Part shown: piece after piece, positions 62,216 through 64,000 of the stretch
Position numbering within the stretch: position 1 is the stretch's first letter
Layout: each line of letters opens with the position of its first letter
NCBI GenBank assembly: GCA_963823065.1
Contig: CAWGJX010000004.1
Location: 192,139 to 256,138 of the forward strand
Source: an uncultured Bacteroidales bacterium
GTDB lineage: Bacteria > Bacteroidota > Bacteroidia > Bacteroidales > VadinHA17
DNA: 64,000 nucleotides
Direction: 5' to 3'
Position numbers and translations under genes: made by a program
The notes under the pieces: model-generated
Told to the model about the DNA's origin: nothing
The model's input: the letters and a program-made list of their open reading frames with translations, nothing else
The model's database searches: none

Positions 62216-63089
62216 CAGGCCTCGAATGCTTCCAGCGACGATGACTCCATATCCAGTATTCCGGTTTGTTCTTTATGATCTGTTCAAGCCTTCTGACATG
62301 AACTTCTGTGATATCATTCTCTGAGAGTCCCTTCGGGTGATCAATCAGAAGCTCTACATCAAGATTGTAATGACCCCTTTTTATTTTCCGGACATGAAAA
62401 AAGACAATAGCCATATCGTATTTTGAGGCGATTTTCCCTGCACCGGTAAATACGGCAGTATCCTGGTTTAAAAAAGTAGTCCAGTACTTAATATCGCCTT
62501 TTGCCGGAATCTGGTCGGAAATGAATACTGAAACTGTATTTATTTTATTTAGTCTGTAATTAATTATTTCTCGTATAATCTGAGAAGTCGGAGTGAGCAC
62601 TATCCCATGTTTTGATCTCGAAGAATTAACGAAATTGTTAAAATATTTGTTCTGCAAAGGCTTATAAATTATTATAGTCTTGTACTTGAGATAATAGGGA
62701 AGCAAGGTTGGCCACTCCCAGTTGTTATAATGCCCGACAATAGCAATTATATCTCGTTTATCCTCCCTGAGTTTGTCTATAACATTAAGATTTGTATAGG
62801 TAAAGCGTTTCTTTTGCTCTTTTTCTGACATATGTGTGAGCTTGAGAGTCTCAACAAAAAGGTCTGCAAGATGTCTGTAAAATTTTTTTTCGATAATTTT
62901 AAGTTCCTCTTCGGTTTTTTCAGGAAAGGAATTTTTTAAATTAGTCTCTACTACTTTCCTGCGATATGAAGGGAAATAGTAAAGTATATAGTAAAGCAGG
63001 TCTGCAAAAACGTATAAAACGCTTAATGGCAAGAGAGTTATAATCCAGTTTACTCCGTAAAAAATATAATACGCAATGGCGTTCATCAC
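62202..63089 (-). CDS. lysophospholipid / lipid A (LpxL/HtrB-like) acyltransferase
   Basis: N-terminal TM helix and the acyltransferase motif VGHYNNWEW (HX4E type); 295 aa. Overlaps the GT2 start by 14 nt. Confidence 0.72.
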   Translation of the reverse strand: MMNAIAYYIFYGVNWIITLLPLSVLYVFADLLYYILYYFPSYRRKVVETNLKNSFPEKTEEELKIIEKKFYRHLADLFVETLKLTHMSEKEQKKRFTYTNLNVIDKLREDKRDIIAIVGHYNNWEWPTLLPYYLKYKTIIIYKPLQNKYFNNFVNSSRSKHGIVLTPTSQIIREIINYRLNKINTVSVFISDQIPAKGDIKYWTTFLNQDTAVFTGAGKIASKYDMAIVFFHVRKIKRGHYNLDVELLIDHPKGLSENDITEVHVRRLEQIIKNKPEYWIWSHRRWKHSRPVENA

Positions 63090-63097
63090 CAGGATTA

Positions 63098-63895
63098 TTA
63101 ATTTTTCATAAATTTATTCACTATTTCCAGTATTTCTGAAAAAATAAGACTATTTGATGCCAGGAATTCCTCCCCAGTCAGATTCTTATCATTTCCTGAA
63201 AAATCGCTAACCCTTCCACCGGCTTCTTTTACTAATAATATTCCGGCCGCAATATCCCACGGATGCAACCCATATTCATAGAATGCTTCAAATCGCCCGC
63301 ATGCCAGATAAGCAAGATCGATTGCTGCGGAACCAAACCTCCTTATTCCATGAGTATTTTTACAAAAATAGGTGAAACAGTTCATATACGAATTAAGTCT
63401 GCTGAAATCACTATATGGAAATCCGGTTGCCACAAGACTGTCAGCCAGCTTTGTAGCTTCTGAGACATGAATAGCAGAACCATTAAGCCATGCACCGCCA
63501 TTTTTCCATGCCGTGAATGTTTCATTTCCGCTTACTTCATGAACCACGCCGGCAACGATCTCGTCTTCTTCCTTTAGTCCGATGCTTATCGCATAGGGAT
63601 GGAGCCCGTGAAGAAAGTTTGTAGTACCATCAAGGGGATCAATAACCCAGCAATATTTCAATCCTACCTTTTTTGAAGTACCTTCTTCTGCCAGGAACCC
63701 GGCCTCTGGCAGGATATTCCCGAGCTTTTCCACAAGCAATTTTTCGGAGCCCTTATCAACATAACTGACAAAATTATTCAGTCCCTTTTTTTCTGTCCTG
63801 TTAATGTCAAATCCGACGGATTCCTTTTGAATGAATTCTCCTGCTTCAAGAGCAGCTATTTCAATTTCCCTGCAAACTTTCTTAAGATCGAGCAT
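63098..63895 (-). CDS. inositol monophosphatase family protein (SuhB-like)
   Basis: IMPase motifs WVIDPLDGTTNF and the WDIAAG block; 265 aa. Confidence 0.88.
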   Translation of the reverse strand: MLDLKKVCREIEIAALEAGEFIQKESVGFDINRTEKKGLNNFVSYVDKGSEKLLVEKLGNILPEAGFLAEEGTSKKVGLKYCWVIDPLDGTTNFLHGLHPYAISIGLKEEDEIVAGVVHEVSGNETFTAWKNGGAWLNGSAIHVSEATKLADSLVATGFPYSDFSRLNSYMNCFTYFCKNTHGIRRFGSAAIDLAYLACGRFEAFYEYGLHPWDIAAGILLVKEAGGRVSDFSGNDKNLTGEEFLASNSLIFSEILEIVNKFMKN

Positions 63896-63897
63896 TA

Positions 63898-64000
63898 CTA
63901 ATTAATTATTTCAATATTCATTCTTCCTGAGGATGAGATACCTGTAAGTCTTACTTTTCTTATATTTCCTGCGAGTCTGGCATCCCATGGATGACTCAAC
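63898..64000 (-). CDS. 3' end of an unidentified gene running off the window
   Basis: The minus-strand frame is open to the window edge and ends in TAG at 63898-63900 (...LSHPWDARLAGNIRKVRLTGISSSGRMNIEIIN). A second frame is also open, so the frame choice is uncertain. Confidence 0.3.
   Translation of the reverse strand, partial: LSHPWDARLAGNIRKVRLTGISSSGRMNIEIIN

Overview
This window is a gene-dense, AT-rich chromosomal segment that I assign to a Bacteroidota bacterium. The assignment rests on a SusC/SusD pair, type IX secretion genes (porU, porV, a porP/sprF-like gene, gldJ) and TAnnTTTG-type -7 promoter boxes. I support about 50 protein genes and one tRNA-Ser(CGA). I see no rRNA, CRISPR array, transposase, integrase or phage genes.

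Content from left to right:
- fumC (partial; missing from the ORF track) and acnA.
- A SusC/SusD locus with a LamG-type lipoprotein and two GH144-like glycosidases.
- A cell-wall cluster with two L,D-transpeptidases.
- Two small c-type haem proteins flanking a nucleoside transporter, then tRNA-Ser.
- dcp, rlmN and a GNAT gene.
- Four tandem PorE-like paralogs.
- A lone 2-oxoacid dehydrogenase E2, recR, an SSF transporter and an uncharacterised outer-membrane gene pair.
- An acyl-CoA synthetase, alaS, two M23 peptidases, a MerR regulator, nif3 plus a zinc-ribbon partner, hutU and ispF.
- porV-porU, a divergent porP-like-gldJ pair, murF, and an envelope-lipid-type cluster.

Most unusual observations:
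1. The four-gene PorE-like array shares one TPR + beta-propeller scaffold but carries a graded series of C-terminal anchors: a TM tail, nothing, SPOR, and OmpA_C + 2 SPOR.
2. G/C-run hairpin and REP-like elements sit at gene 3' ends. Two coincide with truncated genes and one supplies a C-terminal tail and stop codon.
3. Copies of the tRNA-Ser 3' end and a 124-nt inverted repeat lie next to the tRNA.
4. A 1-nt frameshift at an A5 run splits a membrane protein gene.

All family names come from my own motif recognition. No searches were run.
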